Positions 36,421 to 46,491 are shown, numbered from the stretch's first letter. The stretch is 64,000 nucleotides of DNA from Klebsiella pneumoniae (GCA_945897555.1 CAMDGF010000002.1:389-64388), one strand, 5' to 3'. The notes: generated by a model not told the origin, from the sequence alone. Program-made: numbers and translations.

Positions 36421-37545
36421 TCAGGGGTGGCGAGGGCTCTCGACCAGCTCCTGATAGACCGCCAGCGTGGCGTCGGTCATGCGCTGCAGGGTGAAGGGTT
36501 GGTCGGCTGGGACGTGGGGCGCCGAGCCAAGGAACTCGCGTGTCTTTGCGGAGAGTGCGTCGATGTCCCCCATTGGCACCAGCCCAGCCGGGTAGATGGC
36601 CCGCAGCGATTCACCCACGCCGCCGTGGTCGTAGCCGATGGCTGGCACGCCCAAGGCGAGCGCCTCAACCGGCACACGGCCGAAGGCTTCTGGCTCGCGC
36701 GCCAGCGAGAAGACGATGTCGGACGCGGCCATGACATCGCGCAGGTCGCTGCGGTGGCCGGTGAAGGTGACGTGTGCTGCCAAACCACTGGACGCAATCT
36801 TGGCCCGCAGTTCCGCCGCGAAGTCCCGTTTCTCGCTCTGCGTGTCGCCGACGATGAGCCCATGCACCGATTCCTTGGCCGCCACCAGCCGGCCGATGAG
36901 GTCGATGAAGTCCTCCTGACCCTTCCAGCGTGTCAGCCGCGCTGGAAGGGTGAGTACTCGCTTTCCTTCAAGCTCTGGATATGCAGCTCTCCAACGCTCC
37001 AGCCAGACCGGGTCGGGTTGGTGGCCATAGGGGAACTCGACCGGGTCGATGCCGCGGTAGATGAGGCGGATGCGTTCCTCCGGCACCGCGTAGTGCCGCC
37101 TAACGTAGTCGCGGATGGTCTCGCTGATGGCAATCACCCGCTCGCCGCGCGCCATGACGGCGCTGTACCCGTTGGGAGTGTAGGGGCCGTGCACGGTGGT
37201 GACCAGACGCGGACGGCGCGATGCCGGAAGGGTCTTTAGCGCCAGCCACGCGATCCACGCCGGCACCCTCGAGCGCGCGTGCACGATGTCGACCTGCTCC
37301 GAGGCAAACAAGCGGCGCAGCGTAAGCACATGGCGCAGGGTGAGCAGGGATTTGGTGCGGATGTCGCGCGTGAGGTGCTCACCGCCCTCCGCCTCCAGTT
37401 TGGCCACCAACCGGCCGCCGATCGACATCACCATCGAGCGATGCCCTGCGGCGACGAGTGCCCGGCTGACATCGAGCGTGCCGCGTTCCACGCCGCCCGA
37501 GTCGAGCGCGGGTAGCATCTGCAAGATGGCGAGGCGTTGCTTCAA
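36421..37545 (-). CDS. Glycosyltransferase family 4
   Basis: LPALDSGGVERGT, HARSRVPAW, TTVHG, RLTRWKGQ, PEAFGRVPVEA (E-x7-E). TTG start overlaps the upstream stop. Confidence 0.92.
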   Translation of the reverse strand: MKQRLAILQMLPALDSGGVERGTLDVSRALVAAGHRSMVMSIGGRLVAKLEAEGGEHLTRDIRTKSLLTLRHVLTLRRLFASEQVDIVHARSRVPAWIAWLALKTLPASRRPRLVTTVHGPYTPNGYSAVMARGERVIAISETIRDYVRRHYAVPEERIRLIYRGIDPVEFPYGHQPDPVWLERWRAAYPELEGKRVLTLPARLTRWKGQEDFIDLIGRLVAAKESVHGLIVGDTQSEKRDFAAELRAKIASSGLAAHVTFTGHRSDLRDVMAASDIVFSLAREPEAFGRVPVEALALGVPAIGYDHGGVGESLRAIYPAGLVPMGDIDALSAKTREFLGSAPHVPADQPFTLQRMTDATLAVYQELVESPRHP

Positions 37546-38525
37546 GCGTGATCGGCCTTGCGAAGCCGTGCCGGGAACCAGCGTCGCAGTATCTCGGCTG
37601 CGATGCGATCGGCTTCGGCGAGCGGGATGACTCGAGGGAGTGCCTCGCCGGGGCGCCAGTCGCCGAAACGGGTCACCCGTCGCTCGTCTGCGAGTGTCCT
37701 GATGCCGCGTGTGATGCGACTCGCGCGCCGGGCAGGAACCTCGATGAGTCCGACCGATACACCCGCCGTCAGCGCTTCGTACACCATCGAGACTGAATCT
37801 TCGGTGATCCATGCGGTCGAGGCATCGGCCAATTGCTTGGCGACCCAGCCCGGCCCGGTCTGCTCTATCGGCACCACGTTCATATTGGGACGATTGAGCG
37901 AGAGGAGTGCGCGGGCGGTCTCCACCGGGGTCCGCCTCGATGTGGTGACGGTCCATTGGACCTCTGGTTCTGCTTTTGCGATCTCCTCGACCTGAGCTGC
38001 TATGGCAGCGTCATTCCAGAGGTGGTGGCGAGAAGGGCCCCCGATAAGGGCCAAGCCCCGGTTTGCGCAGTGGGTTCCTGCCGATGTCATGGGGTTCAAG
38101 ACCCCTCGCGTCAGGATGATCCGGTCGTTCTCCTTCAGGCTGTCGTGGTCAGGCGCTACGACAAGGTCGAACAGGACTGTAGGAAGAGTCGGGCGCATGA
38201 GCACCACCAGCCGACCGCCGTGGATCCTGCGTAGCGCCAGGCCCGAGAGGTGAGTGGTATGGCCGCAGCAGAGGATGAGCGTTTCGGTGGTTTGCGAGGC
38301 CTGAGGGCCGCGCCCGGATCTGGCGATGACTACAGGCGACGGACCACGTGCCAGAGCGCGCCGAACGCTGCGCCAAGCGCCTGACGTCGGCACATCAGTG
38401 GCCATCACTCGTGTCAGCCGGCCCAATGCGGAACAAAGCCCTGCCGTCTGTGCCAGGTGTCCCGGCCGCTCATCAACCAGCCTTAGGATATTCAGGGGCT
38501 CGCCGCCGACCGAGGATATTGGCAT
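37542..38525 (-). CDS. ELM1/GtrOC1-family putative glycosyltransferase (DUF1022)
   Basis: DERPGHLAQTAGL, FDLVVAPDHD, LIGGPS, TTSRRTP, WITEDSVSMVYEA. Confidence 0.85.
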   Translation of the reverse strand: MPISSVGGEPLNILRLVDERPGHLAQTAGLCSALGRLTRVMATDVPTSGAWRSVRRALARGPSPVVIARSGRGPQASQTTETLILCCGHTTHLSGLALRRIHGGRLVVLMRPTLPTVLFDLVVAPDHDSLKENDRIILTRGVLNPMTSAGTHCANRGLALIGGPSRHHLWNDAAIAAQVEEIAKAEPEVQWTVTTSRRTPVETARALLSLNRPNMNVVPIEQTGPGWVAKQLADASTAWITEDSVSMVYEALTAGVSVGLIEVPARRASRITRGIRTLADERRVTRFGDWRPGEALPRVIPLAEADRIAAEILRRWFPARLRKADHA

Positions 38526-38549
38526 GGCTGAACTCCGCGTTACGACTCT

Positions 38550-39572
38550 TCATCCATGTCTTCGGGAAAGGACATGATGCAAGCCGAAATAACTCACGAT
38601 ATAAACGGCCGAGCCGATCATGAGTTCGGTTGGCTGGGACCTAAAGACCACTGCCCAGAGTGCGGGGATTGCGGCAAGTACCCAGCCCAATGGGGCTACG
38701 GCTGAGTTCCGGCTGGTGCGCCCCCACGCAGGGACCAGACGGTCAATTAATCGACTCTGCAGCAGATGATGCAGGTGTTCTTGGTCGGGTTCGTCGATTC
38801 GCCTCTTCTGCCTGTTCCTTCGGCAGGCGGAGTGTAGGACTTCAGTGACTGGGTAGAGCACCAGCACCAAGCTCGTCCACGCTGACACAGAGCCTTCTCG
38901 TGGCATGTCTACAAGACAAAGACCCAGTCCGAATCCGAGAAGATAGGCGCCGCCATCGCCCATAAAGATCTTCCCCATTGGCCAGTTGAGCGCAAGGAAA
39001 CCAAGCGAAGCAAAGATCAGCGAAGAGGCCGTGATCCCCAGCTGGGATTGCCCGGATGCTTGGGCGACAAACCAGACCCCGATCAGGGAAATCATGACGC
39101 TACCCGTGGCAAGCCCGTTTTTTCCATCGATCATGTTGATCGCTGAGCACAATCCCGACACCGCAAAAGCGGTGAAAACCAGAGCCACCACCTCGGCTTC
39201 GAAGAGTGAATCGATCAGCGGAACGTCAAGGCGTTCGATCACATGCCCGCCATAGACGCCAGCCAAACCCGCCGCAACGCCACACATTGCCAAACGCTGG
39301 AGCGGGGTTACCCGATGGCTCAGGTCCTCAATAAAGCCGATGGCGAATGCAACAGAGCCAAAACCGAGTACGTGATGCAGCAACTGCACGTCCGGGTGGG
39401 TCATGCGCGACGTTACCAAGCCAGCCAAGATCGCAAGCCCGCCGATCCGTGAGATGGCCTTGGTATGAGTCCCATGCCCCGTTGCCGCGCTGCGGGTCGT
39501 CAGCGCGCCGTGTATCGGTTTTGTAAGCACCAGCAGGATTGCGGCCGCCAAAGACACGGCGAAGATCAGCAT
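38550..39572 (-). CDS. MraY/WecA-family undecaprenyl-phosphate sugar-1-phosphate transferase
   Basis: RIGGLAI, IGFIEDL, NMIDGKNGL, KIFMGDGGAY, PDQEHLHH; multi-TM. Confidence 0.88.
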   Translation of the reverse strand: MLIFAVSLAAAILLVLTKPIHGALTTRSAATGHGTHTKAISRIGGLAILAGLVTSRMTHPDVQLLHHVLGFGSVAFAIGFIEDLSHRVTPLQRLAMCGVAAGLAGVYGGHVIERLDVPLIDSLFEAEVVALVFTAFAVSGLCSAINMIDGKNGLATGSVMISLIGVWFVAQASGQSQLGITASSLIFASLGFLALNWPMGKIFMGDGGAYLLGFGLGLCLVDMPREGSVSAWTSLVLVLYPVTEVLHSACRRNRQKRRIDEPDQEHLHHLLQSRLIDRLVPAWGRTSRNSAVAPLGWVLAAIPALWAVVFRSQPTELMIGSAVYIVSYFGLHHVLSRRHG

Positions 39573-39691
39573 GGCGGCCCTCTGGTTTCGAGTATGTTGA
39601 TTGTATCGGGCTTGTCGGCTTGCCACGGCGCCCGGGCACTTCGCCTTGATTCTGGAGCACGCTTTTGCCGGTGTTTGGCTAGCAAGAACCG

Positions 39692-40957
39692 ATGATGACC
39701 CTGCTCAACGTTGATCATCTCAGGCGATACGGCTGGGCCCTGCCGGCTCTCCTGTTGTTGAGCCTGCCCTTGCCAGGGGGCGGACGCCCCGTGTTCTGGG
39801 CCTCTGTTTTGATAGGCGCCTGCATCCTGCTTGTCTTGCGACGGTCTCCGTGGGGGCTGTCTGCGCGAAGGTTGTGCTTGGTCTGGAGTCTCTTGGCGCT
39901 GCCCGTCATGCTCTCATTGCCAGGCAGTGTTGATCCGCTGGGGACCTGGAAGGTTCTGGGCGTACTCGTGTCAGCTTTGCCAGCAGGCCTCTGCTGGCTG
40001 TTTTTTCTTGAGTCAGCTGAGGCTCGATGGAGATTTGATCGGTTGCTCGTCCTTTTGGTGTTGTTTTCTTGTGTGGACGGTTTTTGGCAGGCTTTCTTTG
40101 CGACTGATCTGTTCGGCATTCCCCAAACTGACGATGGTCGGGTAGTTGGACCTTTCTCTGGGAACCTCAGATTCCCTGTCTTTTTATCCCTGCTGGTCGC
40201 CGGTGCCGTCGCCTTCCTCGCATCGCAAGGCCGAACCATGGTCGCGATACTGCTGTGGGTCATGGGTGCGGCGGTCGTGGTTTTGGGTGGCACCAGGGCC
40301 CAGATCGTCACCTTGATGATCGGTGCCGTTGCATTGTTGCCGGCGTTTGCACCGAGTGTTCGGCACCCCAGGTTGCTGTGGGTTTCTTTGCTGGCGATAG
40401 TGGGGTTGGCAGCAGGCATTGGTATGGTGGATCAGGGCATTGTTGCTACCCACGCTTTGTCAACTTTGCTGCAGAGTGACCGGTGGTTCGAGACTCTGGA
40501 TACTCTGAGCTCGAGTAGGCTTTCGACTTGGCAGATTGCGTTAGCGATGGGGGTGGACCGGTTCGCGGGCGTGGGGGCCTCAGCATTCACCGAGGCATAT
40601 GCCTCATTCGCCGCCCCCGGAGACCCGCGCGTTGTCTTCGCGGGTGCGGGAATCGAGATCAACCATGCACACCATGTGTGGTTCGCCATCTTTGCGGAAA
40701 CCGGGATCATTGGGCTTACAGGACTACTTGCGGCGCTGGTGCTTGCGGTACGTTGGTGGGGCAAAGCACAGCGATCGGCACGCGCAGCGGCGCGCCCATA
40801 TGCAGTATTGCTCATCACTTATCTGTTCCCTGGCGCCTTGCATCCCCCGCTCTATCTTTTTTGGATATTCCCGTTGATATGGCTGTTTTTATGTCTCTAC
40901 CTTGCCGCCCTTTCGGGAGGCGGCGAATCGAGCCCATCCCGCTTGCCGCTCAAATGA
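39692..40957 (+). CDS. O-antigen ligase family membrane protein
   Basis: About 11-12 hydrophobic segments; GTRA, SSRLSTW, GVG, HAHHVWFAIFAETGIIG (Wzy_C/WaaL-like). Confidence 0.8.
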   Translation: MMTLLNVDHLRRYGWALPALLLLSLPLPGGGRPVFWASVLIGACILLVLRRSPWGLSARRLCLVWSLLALPVMLSLPGSVDPLGTWKVLGVLVSALPAGLCWLFFLESAEARWRFDRLLVLLVLFSCVDGFWQAFFATDLFGIPQTDDGRVVGPFSGNLRFPVFLSLLVAGAVAFLASQGRTMVAILLWVMGAAVVVLGGTRAQIVTLMIGAVALLPAFAPSVRHPRLLWVSLLAIVGLAAGIGMVDQGIVATHALSTLLQSDRWFETLDTLSSSRLSTWQIALAMGVDRFAGVGASAFTEAYASFAAPGDPRVVFAGAGIEINHAHHVWFAIFAETGIIGLTGLLAALVLAVRWWGKAQRSARAAARPYAVLLITYLFPGALHPPLYLFWIFPLIWLFLCLYLAALSGGGESSPSRLPLK

Positions 40958-41121
40958 ACACGTGTAACGTCCCGCGTTGAGTTTTCTACGCTGACCGATA
41001 CGCTCGCGGGCCCTCCCGCTTTGCGTTCAAGGTCTGCCGGGTGCATGGATGTATGAATAGCTTCAGCGGTCGCCATCTTTGGCGCAAGGATGGCAGCGAT
41101 CCTATGTGCGATATTCGGTTG

Positions 41122-42057
41122 ATGCCTGCAATCGAGCCTTGCCGCTTCGTCATTGTCATACCCCACTACAAGGGTGCTGACCTTTTGCGCGCCACGCTGA
41201 GCGCCGTGTTGCTTGCTACAAGACCTGTCGATGCGGTCGTGGTTGTGGACAACGGATCTTTGGACGGGTCGGGCGCGGTTCTCGCGGATGAGTTCGCGGA
41301 CGTGAGATGGTTGAGAAATGATCGCAACAAAGGTTTTGCAGCGGCCTGCAACCAGGGGGCAGCCTTGATGCAAAGCCGTTTTGTCTTGTTTTTGAACAGC
41401 GACGCAATGGTTCCACCAGATCTCCTCGATCGCCTAGCGGAATTCTTTGAGCAGACGCCCTTGGCGGGAGAGGTGGGCTGCCACCTTGTCGGGCTTGATG
41501 GAAGAGCCCAGCGCGGCACGTCAGTGACACCCGATCTGCTATCGGAGAGCGGGCTGCGCAAGCGAGTGCGTCGTGGTTTCAGGGACCCTGCGCGAGCGGC
41601 CCGGGTCGAGGCTGTTGTCGGTGCTTGCGTGGCGTTGCCGAGATTCGTCTTTGAACGAATCGGTGGCTGGGATGAAGGTTTTTTTTTCTACGAAGAGGAT
41701 ATCGACCTGTCGGTCCGGGTCCGTCATGCGGGCTTCGAAGTGTGGTACCTGCCTGACCTCAAGGTCGTTCACGGTAGAGGCGCGTCCACTCGTGAGGTGC
41801 GTTTGCCAGCGCAACTCGAAGCCATGCGCTCGCGCTTTTATTACATCAGAAAACATTTTCCGCGGTCTGTGGCGTGCGCTTTGTGGGTTGCGAGGTTCCT
41901 GAGTTTGTGCCTTGGGGTGGTGGGAGCGACGGTTGGAACGGTGGCGACCCTCGGATTACATCGGGGAATCCGAGAGCGGGCAACGCGTTCGCTGGTCGCC
42001 CTATTGTGGATCCTGCTGCTCATGCGTCCCCGCTGGAGCCTCTCCGGCCGAGCATAA
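41122..42057 (+). CDS. Glycosyltransferase family 2 (WbbL-like)
   Basis: VVVDNGSLDG, NKGFAAACNQG, FLNSD, GACV, GGWDEGFFFYEEDIDL. Start approximate. Confidence 0.9.
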   Translation: MPAIEPCRFVIVIPHYKGADLLRATLSAVLLATRPVDAVVVVDNGSLDGSGAVLADEFADVRWLRNDRNKGFAAACNQGAALMQSRFVLFLNSDAMVPPDLLDRLAEFFEQTPLAGEVGCHLVGLDGRAQRGTSVTPDLLSESGLRKRVRRGFRDPARAARVEAVVGACVALPRFVFERIGGWDEGFFFYEEDIDLSVRVRHAGFEVWYLPDLKVVHGRGASTREVRLPAQLEAMRSRFYYIRKHFPRSVACALWVARFLSLCLGVVGATVGTVATLGLHRGIRERATRSLVALLWILLLMRPRWSLSGRA

Positions 42058-42064
42058 TCGGGTC

Positions 42065-44866
42065 ATGTCCACCCTTCTCCTCGTCGACGGCTCCTCCTAC
42101 CTCTACCGCGCCTACCACGCGCTACCCGACCTGCGCACCCGCGGCGGCGAGCCAACTGGTGCGCTGCATGGCGTCATCAATATGCTGCGGCGCTTGGCCG
42201 GCGAATACCCCAGCGCGCACCGGGCGGTGGTGTTCGACGCCAAGGGCAAGACCTTCCGCGACGACCTCTACCTCGAATACAAGGCCCACCGGCCCTCGAT
42301 GCCAGAGGACCTCGCCGCGCAGATCGAGCCGATCCATGCCGCAGTGCGCGCGCTGGGCTGGCCGCTGCTCATGGTCGATGGCGTGGAGGCCGATGACGTG
42401 ATCGCCACGCTCGCCGCGCAGGCCTCCGCGCGCGGCTGGCAGACTGTCATCTCTACGGGCGACAAGGACCTCACGCAGCTGGTTGGCGACCACGTGCTCT
42501 GGGTCAACACCATGAGCGGTGAGGTGCTCGACCGCCCTGCGGTGGAGGCCAAGTTCGGTGTCGGGCCGGAACGCATCATTGACTACCTTGCCCTGGTGGG
42601 CGACACCGTGGATGGCGTGCCGGGGGTCGAGAAGTGCGGACCCAAGACGGCTGTGAAATGGCTGCAGGCCTATGGCTCGCTGGATGGTGTCATCGCGCAT
42701 GCGGCCGAGATCTCTGGCGTGGTCGGCGAGAATCTACGTAAGCACCTCGACTTTCTGCCGCTTGGGCGCGAGCTGGTCACCGTGCGTCGCGATATCCCGC
42801 TGCCGGTGGCGCTGGACGAGATCGCCGCTCAGCCACCGCACATCGAAGAGCTGCGCCAGATCTATTCGCGCTACGAGATGCGCAGCGCACTGGCCGCGCT
42901 GGACAGCGGCAAGGCCGGCGAAGCCGGTGTCGCCACCGGGGAAGGGGCTGGCGCGGCGAGCCTGTCGGGGCGTGGCGCCGTGCCGGTTCGGCCTGCTGCC
43001 AAAGCCGCCGCAGATTCCAGCGCTTTCGCCGGCGAAGGCGCCGCCCCGGCGCAACGCGCGCCGGTGGCCGCCTACGAAAGCGTCCTCACCACTGCCCAGC
43101 TTGAAGACTGGTTGGCCCGCATCTCGCAAGATGAACCCGTCGCCATCGACACCGAGACCACCAGCCTCGATCCGATGAACGCCAAGTTGGTCGGCATCTC
43201 GCTGTGCACCGAGGCCGGCCACGCCTGCTACATCCCGCTGGCGCACCGCTACCCCGGCGCGCCGGACCAGTTGCCCTTCGACGAGACGCTGTCGCGGCTG
43301 AAGGGCTGGCTCGAATCCGACCACCCCAAGATCGGCCAGAACCTCAAGTACGATCGCCACGTGCTGGCCAACCACGGCATCGCGCTTGGCGGTGTGGCGG
43401 GCGACACGCTGCTGCAGTCCTACGTGCTGGAGAGCCACCTACGCCACGACCTCGAGTCGCTGGCGCGCCGGCACCTTGACAGTGATTCGATCAGCTACGA
43501 GTCGATCTGCGGCAAGGGCGCATCGCAGATCGGCTTTGATCAGGTCGATCTCGATACCGCCACCAAATATTCCGCCGAAGACGCCGACCTGACCCTGCAG
43601 GTGCATGCTCATCTGGCGCCGCAGATCGCTGCCAACCCCGGCCTGGCGCGCGTCTACCGCGACATCGAGCTGCCACTGGCGCAGGCGCTGTTTGAGATGG
43701 AGCGGGTCGGCGTGCTGGTCGACCCGGCGCTGCTGCTGACGCAATCGGGCGAGCTGGGCCGCAGCATGGCCGGGCTGGAAGAAAAGGCCTACGCGGCCGC
43801 TGGCCAGCCCTTCAACCTGGGCAGCCCGAAGCAGATCCGCGAGATCCTGTTTGACCGCCAGCAGCTGCCGGTGCTCAAGAAGACGCCGAGCGGTGAGCCG
43901 AGTACTGATGAGGATGTTCTGCAGCAACTCGCGCTCAACTACCCGTTGCCCAAGCTCATCCTCGAGCACCGCAGCCTCTCCAAGCTCAAGAGCACCTACA
44001 CCGACAAGCTGCCACGCATGATCAATGCGGCGACCGGTCGCGTGCACACCAGCTTTGGCCAGGCCACGGCGGTGACCGGCCGGCTCTCTTCGAGCGAGCC
44101 CAACCTGCAGAACATCCCGGTCCGAACTGCCGAGGGTCGCCGCATCCGCGAGGCCTTCATCGCGCCGCCGGGGCACATGTTGGTAAGTGCCGACTACTCG
44201 CAGATCGAGCTCCGCATCATGGCGCACGTATCGCAGGACCCGGGCATGCTGCGCGCCTTCGCGCACAACGAGGACATCCACCGCGCCACCGCCGCCGAGG
44301 TCTTCGGCGTCACGCCGATCGAGGTCACGCCCGACCAGCGGCGCACCGCCAAGGTTATCAACTTTGGCCTGATCTACGGCATGAGCGCCTTTGGGCTGGC
44401 GCAGAACCTCGACATCGAGCGCTCTGCCGCGCAGACCTACATGGAGCGCTACTTCGAGCGCTACCCTGGGGTCAAGCGCTACATGGAAGAGACGCGCGCG
44501 CTGGCCCGTGAGCAGGGGTTTGTGGAGACGGTGTACGGGCGCCGGCTGTGGCTGCCGGACATCCGCGGCGGCAGTGGGCCGCGCCGTGCCGCCGCCGAGC
44601 GCGCCGCCATCAACGCGCCTATGCAGGGCACGGCTGCGGACATCATCAAGCTGGCCATGCTGCGGGTGCAGGCGTGGCTCAAGTCATCGGGGCTGCGGTC
44701 CCGGCTGGTCCTCCAGGTGCACGACGAACTGGTGGTCGAGGCGCCCGAGAGCGAGGTCGATGCCATCAAGCTCGAGCTGCACCGCATCATGGAGGGCGTC
44801 GAGGGCCTCTCTGTGCCGCTGCTGGTGGAGGTGGGTGCCGGGCCGAACTGGGAAAAAGCGCACTGA
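42065..44866 (+). CDS. polA: DNA polymerase I
   Basis: DGSSYLYRAYHA, EADDVI, DTET (3'-5' exonuclease), TGRLSSSEPNLQNIP, DYSQIELR, QVHDEL. Confidence 0.98.
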   Translation: MSTLLLVDGSSYLYRAYHALPDLRTRGGEPTGALHGVINMLRRLAGEYPSAHRAVVFDAKGKTFRDDLYLEYKAHRPSMPEDLAAQIEPIHAAVRALGWPLLMVDGVEADDVIATLAAQASARGWQTVISTGDKDLTQLVGDHVLWVNTMSGEVLDRPAVEAKFGVGPERIIDYLALVGDTVDGVPGVEKCGPKTAVKWLQAYGSLDGVIAHAAEISGVVGENLRKHLDFLPLGRELVTVRRDIPLPVALDEIAAQPPHIEELRQIYSRYEMRSALAALDSGKAGEAGVATGEGAGAASLSGRGAVPVRPAAKAAADSSAFAGEGAAPAQRAPVAAYESVLTTAQLEDWLARISQDEPVAIDTETTSLDPMNAKLVGISLCTEAGHACYIPLAHRYPGAPDQLPFDETLSRLKGWLESDHPKIGQNLKYDRHVLANHGIALGGVAGDTLLQSYVLESHLRHDLESLARRHLDSDSISYESICGKGASQIGFDQVDLDTATKYSAEDADLTLQVHAHLAPQIAANPGLARVYRDIELPLAQALFEMERVGVLVDPALLLTQSGELGRSMAGLEEKAYAAAGQPFNLGSPKQIREILFDRQQLPVLKKTPSGEPSTDEDVLQQLALNYPLPKLILEHRSLSKLKSTYTDKLPRMINAATGRVHTSFGQATAVTGRLSSSEPNLQNIPVRTAEGRRIREAFIAPPGHMLVSADYSQIELRIMAHVSQDPGMLRAFAHNEDIHRATAAEVFGVTPIEVTPDQRRTAKVINFGLIYGMSAFGLAQNLDIERSAAQTYMERYFERYPGVKRYMEETRALAREQGFVETVYGRRLWLPDIRGGSGPRRAAAERAAINAPMQGTAADIIKLAMLRVQAWLKSSGLRSRLVLQVHDELVVEAPESEVDAIKLELHRIMEGVEGLSVPLLVEVGAGPNWEKAH

Positions 44867-44917
44867 GGCGCTGGGATACAATCCCGCATCCACTTTTCCA
44901 TCTCCCGGAGCCACTCC

Positions 44918-45469
44918 ATGTCCGAAAAGATCCTCTTCCGCACTGGCGAAGCCACAGTATTTGCCAAGGAAGGCCAGTTCACCGACGCCATGCCCGAGAT
45001 CCTCATCGGCGACGTCTCCGGCCCGGTGGGCCAGGCCTTCGCCAACATGATGGCGCAGTCGGCCGGCCACACCTGCATGTTCGCGGTGCGCGCCTGCAAC
45101 CATCAGGTCCGCCCGGCGACCATGATGGCGACCAAGGTGACCATCAAGAACTCGGCCTACATCAACCTGTTCGGTGGCGTCGTTCAGTCCGCCACCGCCG
45201 ACGCCGTGGTCGACTGCGTGGCAGAGGGCATCATCCCCAAGGATCAGGCCGACAACCTCTGCATCATCGACCTCGTGTGGATCGACCCGCGCACCACCAC
45301 CGACCCCAACCTCGACATGGAAGATCTCTATCGCACCAATTACGAGGCCACCCAACTGGCCATCCAGCGTGCGCTGAGCAACACCCCGACCGTCGATGAC
45401 CTGATCAAGACCCGCCACTCGGTGAAGCACGACATGTTCGATGCATCCACCGGCAAGTGGGTCCGTTGA
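44918..45469 (+). CDS. fae: Formaldehyde-activating enzyme paralogue (divergent Fae2/Fae3-like; catalytic His replaced)
   Basis: Aligns by eye with Fae: GEA, LIG, KVTI, VAEGIIP, NYEAT, IQRA. Has its own TACAAT -10 (44877), SD GGAG (44907) and terminator. Confidence 0.82.
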   Translation: MSEKILFRTGEATVFAKEGQFTDAMPEILIGDVSGPVGQAFANMMAQSAGHTCMFAVRACNHQVRPATMMATKVTIKNSAYINLFGGVVQSATADAVVDCVAEGIIPKDQADNLCIIDLVWIDPRTTTDPNLDMEDLYRTNYEATQLAIQRALSNTPTVDDLIKTRHSVKHDMFDASTGKWVR

Positions 45470-45526
45470 TCGCGGCCGGTTACCCAGAGAAGTCACTCAG
45501 AGCCGTAAAAGTGCCCATCTGCGTTG

Positions 45527-45553
45527 AAAATGGAGGCTTCGGCCTCCATTTTT
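45527..45553 (+). terminator. Intrinsic terminator after the fae paralogue
   Basis: AAAATGGAGGC-TTCG-GCCTCCATTTTT (UUCG tetraloop). Confidence 0.9.
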
Positions 45554-45632
45554 ATTCGAAACCCTTACTCGCCACTGCGCCTTTCATGCGGGTGTGGAGT
45601 GTCTGCTGGTGGGCGCCCGAGGATGTCGGCGC

Positions 45633-46490
45633 ATGCTGAGCTACCGCCACGGCTTCCACGCCGGTAACCACGCCGATGTGCTCAAGCACACGGTACTGGT
45701 TGCGCTGCTGAAGCACTTCGCGCTCAAGGACAAGCCGTTCTGGGTGGTCGATACCCACGCCGGTGCCGGCTTCTACCGTCTCGACCACACCTTCGCGCGC
45801 AAGACTGGCGAGTGGCGCGAGGGCATCGCCCGTGTCTACAACACCACGGGCGCCCCCGCCGCGATCGCCGATTACCTCGCGCTGGTTCGTGCCGCAAATG
45901 GTCTCGGCCCGGATGCAGTGGCGAAGGGCGAACCCGCGGTCTACCCTGGCTCGCCCTGGATCACCCGCCAGTTGCTGCGCCCGGACGATCGCCTGCGCGT
46001 GTTCGAACTGCACACCAGCGACGCCCCTGCGCTCATCGAAAGCCTGCGTGGCGACCGTGTGGTCAAGGTGACCGCTGGCGATGGCTACGCCGGCCTGAGG
46101 GCCAGCTGGCCACCGGCGCCGCGCCGCGGCTTGGCCCTCATCGACCCGTCCTATGAGGTCAAGACCGAGTACGCGCAGGTGGCAGACGCAGTCGCCGAGG
46201 CCATGCAGCGCTTTGCCAGCGGCACCATCGCCGTGTGGTACCCGCGTCTGGCGCGTCGCGAGTCGGAGACGCTGCCGGCCAAGTTGATCCGATCGAGCCC
46301 CGATAACTGGCTGCATGTGGCGCTGGATGTCTGCGCGCGCAGCGCAGAGGGCTTGTATGGGTCTGGGCTCGTGGTGCTCAACCCGCCGTGGACGCTGCCC
46401 AAGACCTTGCAGCCGGTCATGCCCTGGCTGCAGGCGCAACTGGCCCTCGACGAGGGTGCCGCGACCACACTGGACTGGCAGATCGCCTGA
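45633..46490 (+). CDS. rlmJ: 23S rRNA m6A2030 methyltransferase
   Basis: MLSYRHGFHAGNHADVLKH, DTHAGAG, YPGSP, IDPSYE, WYP, NPPW. Confidence 0.96.
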   Translation: MLSYRHGFHAGNHADVLKHTVLVALLKHFALKDKPFWVVDTHAGAGFYRLDHTFARKTGEWREGIARVYNTTGAPAAIADYLALVRAANGLGPDAVAKGEPAVYPGSPWITRQLLRPDDRLRVFELHTSDAPALIESLRGDRVVKVTAGDGYAGLRASWPPAPRRGLALIDPSYEVKTEYAQVADAVAEAMQRFASGTIAVWYPRLARRESETLPAKLIRSSPDNWLHVALDVCARSAEGLYGSGLVVLNPPWTLPKTLQPVMPWLQAQLALDEGAATTLDWQIA

Positions 46491-46491
46491 A

